A DNA stretch of 64,000 nt from Dehalococcoidia bacterium. GTDB lineage: Bacteria; Chloroflexota; Dehalococcoidia; Bin125. Made by a program: the position numbers and the translations under genes. The stretch covers positions 30,154-94,153 of the forward strand of contig OZ244908.1 of NCBI GenBank assembly GCA_965221705.1. The letters are read 5' to 3'. The notes under the pieces are model-generated. The model saw only the letters and a program-made list of their open reading frames with translations. It did not search any database and was not told the origin of the DNA. Positions 61,414-64,000 of this stretch are shown here, piece by piece (within the stretch, counting starts at the first letter, position 1; each line of letters opens with the position of its first letter).

Positions 61414-62661
61414 CTAGGTCAACGCGTCAGCGATGGCTAACTCGGCGATTCGCTCGTCGTCGTAGCCGAGGATCTCTCGCAGGACGAGGTCGTTGTCGCG
61501 GCCGATCGACGGCGCCACCGATCGATAGCTGGGCGGCGTCGCAGTCATCTGCGCCTTGGCCGCCTCGATCGTGGTCTGCCCATGTACTGGATGCTCCATA
61601 GGGATGAAGTGACCGCGATGCCGCAGCTGCGGGTCGGCGGCCGCCTGCGTGCTGTTCGAGACTGCGTGCGCGGGCACGCCGAAGGCTTGCAGCATGAACT
61701 CGACTTCGAGCGCTGCATGCCGCTGAGTCCAGCTCGCGACGAGCTCGTTCAGCTCGTCCTCATTGGCGCGCCGAGCCTCAAGACTGCCGAAGCGATCGTC
61801 CGTCGCCAGCTCCGGCGTCGACATCGCCGCGCAGAGGTTTCCCCAGTCAGCCTCGTCGCGTACTGCGATCGCGACCCAATCGTCGTCGCCCGCCGCGGCG
61901 TAACAGCCGTGCGGCGCCATGTCTCGGTCGAGATTGCCGATCAGTTCGGGCACACGGCCGTTGACGGTGTAGTCGAGCAGGGCGGCGCTCATGAAGTGCA
62001 GCGACGACTCAGCCTGCGCCTGATCGATGTACAGGCCCTCGCCCGTGCGGTCGCGATGGTCGAGCGCGGCCAGGATCGTGGGCAGCGCGAAACGCGGCGA
62101 GAGATAGTCGGTGTAGGCCGAGTATGGACCGATCGGCGCGCCGCCAGGGTTGCCGGCCAGCGCGATGTAGCCGCCGATCGCCGCGCCCATCGTGCCGAAT
62201 CCCGCCACGCGCGACAGCGGTCCCGCCTGACCGAACAGGCAGGTCGAGAGCATGATCAACTCGGGCTTGATCTCGCGCAACGACTCGTAGTCCATGCCCC
62301 AGGCGCGCATCGCGCGCGGCGAGAACGACTCGGTCAGGACATCGCACCACTTGATCAGGTCGAGCAGGACAGCGCGCGCCTCCTCGGTCGCGAGGTTGAG
62401 CGAGAGTCCGAGCTTGTTCACGTTCATGTTGATGAACAATCCCGAGTGATCGGGACCTTGGGCGTTGTCGTGAAACGGACCGATGCCGCGCGCGGTCTCG
62501 ATCCGATTCGCCGACTCGATGCGCACAACCGTCGCGCCGAAGTCGGCCATCGCGCGCGTCGCGGTCGGACCGGCGACGACCCACATCAGGTCGAGCACCT
62601 TGACGCCGGCGAGCGCGCCCTCAGTTGGGACGGCGGGGATACTCGGCAGGGTCGATGACAT
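61414..62661 (-). CDS. CaiB/BaiF family III CoA-transferase
   Basis: L.GVKVLDL..VVAGP, N.NKLGLSLNL, RTGEG..ID, APSIGRDN. Confidence 0.92.
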   Translation of the reverse strand: MSSTLPSIPAVPTEGALAGVKVLDLMWVVAGPTATRAMADFGATVVRIESANRIETARGIGPFHDNAQGPDHSGLFINMNVNKLGLSLNLATEEARAVLLDLIKWCDVLTESFSPRAMRAWGMDYESLREIKPELIMLSTCLFGQAGPLSRVAGFGTMGAAIGGYIALAGNPGGAPIGPYSAYTDYLSPRFALPTILAALDHRDRTGEGLYIDQAQAESSLHFMSAALLDYTVNGRVPELIGNLDRDMAPHGCYAAAGDDDWVAIAVRDEADWGNLCAAMSTPELATDDRFGSLEARRANEDELNELVASWTQRHAALEVEFMLQAFGVPAHAVSNSTQAAADPQLRHRGHFIPMEHPVHGQTTIEAAKAQMTATPPSYRSVAPSIGRDNDLVLREILGYDDERIAELAIADALT

Positions 62662-63903
62662 CTAGATCACCCCTCGTTCCCGCAGGTCGGCGAGCCCGGC
62701 GTCGTCGATGCCCAGCTCGGCGTAGACCTCAGCGTTGTGCTCGCCGATCGATGGCGCGCGACGGCGGTACTCAATCTCGTTCGCCGAGAGCTTGACGAAC
62801 GGCCCGGGAAAACGCACCGGCTCGGGCCACTCAGGCATGTCATGCGAGCGCCAGAACTCGCGCGCCTCAAACTGTTCGGAGTCGGCGACCTCGTCGACGG
62901 TCGTGACCGGCACGATCAGCAGCGAGCGCGACTGCGCCTCGCTGAACAGCTCAGCGCGGCTGCGCTTGCGGATGAAGGCGCCCACGACTTCGAGCAGCCG
63001 GTCCCACTCGGAGAGTGGGATCTCCCCTGAGAGAAAGAGCGCGCCGAGGCCGATCCAATCGAGGTCGCGGTCGGCCTGGTCGCATTCGCCCTCGTCGTAG
63101 ATCCAGTTCATCAGCCGCTGCGAGAAGGGTCCGATGCCGGAGCCAAAGAGGAATGTGAGCGAGATGTAGCCGTCCGCGGCCTGCCAGATCAGCTTGCCCG
63201 TGAACGGTCCCACAGCCATCCCGCCGGCGACGCGCGCGGTTTCGTTCGCGCCGATCGACGAGGCCAGAATCGCCGACATCGTGGCGGCGGCGACCGACTG
63301 TTGGGCGGAGATATCGACGTGCTGACCGCGGCCGCTGGCGCGTCGTGATGTCAGGGCGATCATCGCGCCGATGGCCGCCTCGCCCGAGGCGTGATGCCAG
63401 GCCTGCGGTACCGAGACGCGCACCGGCGCCTCGCCCGCGCCGCCTGAGAGGATCAGCGGCCCGCCGGCCGCCATCAGGATCAGATCGGTCGACTCGTACT
63501 GGGCCTTGGGACCGGTTTGTCCGAACGCGGAGATCGATGTGTAGATCAGCTCGGGATGATCGGCCGACAGATCGGCGTAGCCAAGCCCGCGAGCATCCAT
63601 CACGCCGGGTTGTTCGGACTCAATCACGAAGTCGCAGCTGGCGGCCAGTCGATGCACGAGCGCCTGACCATCGGAGTGGTTGAGATTGCAGGTGACGCCG
63701 CGCTTGTTGCGCGCGTACGCCCACCAGAAGAGCGAGCGTTCAGGCGACGGATCGTCGCCGGCGAACGGTCCCACAGCGCGCGCCGGCGAGCCGCCCGGCG
63801 GCTCGACGCAGATCACGTCCGCGCCGAGGTCAGCGAGGATCTGTCCGGCCAGCTGGCCGCGTTGATCGGTCAAGTCCAACACGCGATAAGGCGACAACAG
63901 CAT
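62662..63903 (-). CDS. CaiB/BaiF family III CoA-transferase (partner subunit)
   Basis: YRVLDLT, LADLGADVI.VEPPGG, RNKRGVT, GRGQHVDIS, APSIGEHN. Confidence 0.92.
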   Translation of the reverse strand: MLLSPYRVLDLTDQRGQLAGQILADLGADVICVEPPGGSPARAVGPFAGDDPSPERSLFWWAYARNKRGVTCNLNHSDGQALVHRLAASCDFVIESEQPGVMDARGLGYADLSADHPELIYTSISAFGQTGPKAQYESTDLILMAAGGPLILSGGAGEAPVRVSVPQAWHHASGEAAIGAMIALTSRRASGRGQHVDISAQQSVAAATMSAILASSIGANETARVAGGMAVGPFTGKLIWQAADGYISLTFLFGSGIGPFSQRLMNWIYDEGECDQADRDLDWIGLGALFLSGEIPLSEWDRLLEVVGAFIRKRSRAELFSEAQSRSLLIVPVTTVDEVADSEQFEAREFWRSHDMPEWPEPVRFPGPFVKLSANEIEYRRRAPSIGEHNAEVYAELGIDDAGLADLRERGVI

Positions 63904-64000
63904 CGTCCAACCGTCCTCCCGCTCAGCAATCGAATCGTAGCCTAGTCTCAGCGCGATCCGCGGCGGTCGGTCCGCCGTGGGCGTCGCGTGAGCCTTACTG

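Noticed and set aside
59589-63903. Tandem SDR and tandem CaiB paralogs
   Set aside because: Ordinary paralog expansion for this lineage; heterodimeric family III CoA-transferases are well known

Overview
High-GC bacterial chromosome segment. The 16S rRNA matches the Chloroflexi probe CFX1223, and the gene content (Tat-lipoprotein peptide-binding protein, LLM and F420-type enzymes, CaiB, SDR and ECH paralogs, unlinked 16S) fits Dehalococcoidia or SAR202-like Chloroflexota. The backbone is mostly catabolic: acyl-CoA carboxylase beta, a dpp/opp ABC system, GGT, a methylmalonyl-CoA mutase operon, NAD-linked formate dehydrogenase, agmatinase and acyl-CoA enzymes. It also holds 16S + tRNA-Ile (no 23S/5S follows), tRNA-Ala and two class F sortases. 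Accessory islets are an orphan Panacea-like antitoxin, a DNA methyltransferase-HNH fusion with a coupled membrane/Zn-finger ORF beside a GGT pseudogene, a three-member novel lipoprotein family (one with RCC1 repeats), a mosaic Ig-domain surface protein associated with a REP-like palindrome, and a DUF1640-like pair with a DUF6602-like nuclease. The most striking observation is a clear c-di-AMP (ydaO) riboswitch at about 55.2-55.3 kb with no credible downstream protein gene. It is followed by a highly structured ~145-nt RNA and a terminator, suggesting a riboswitch-controlled non-coding RNA. All family calls are by eye from motifs; no database searches were run.
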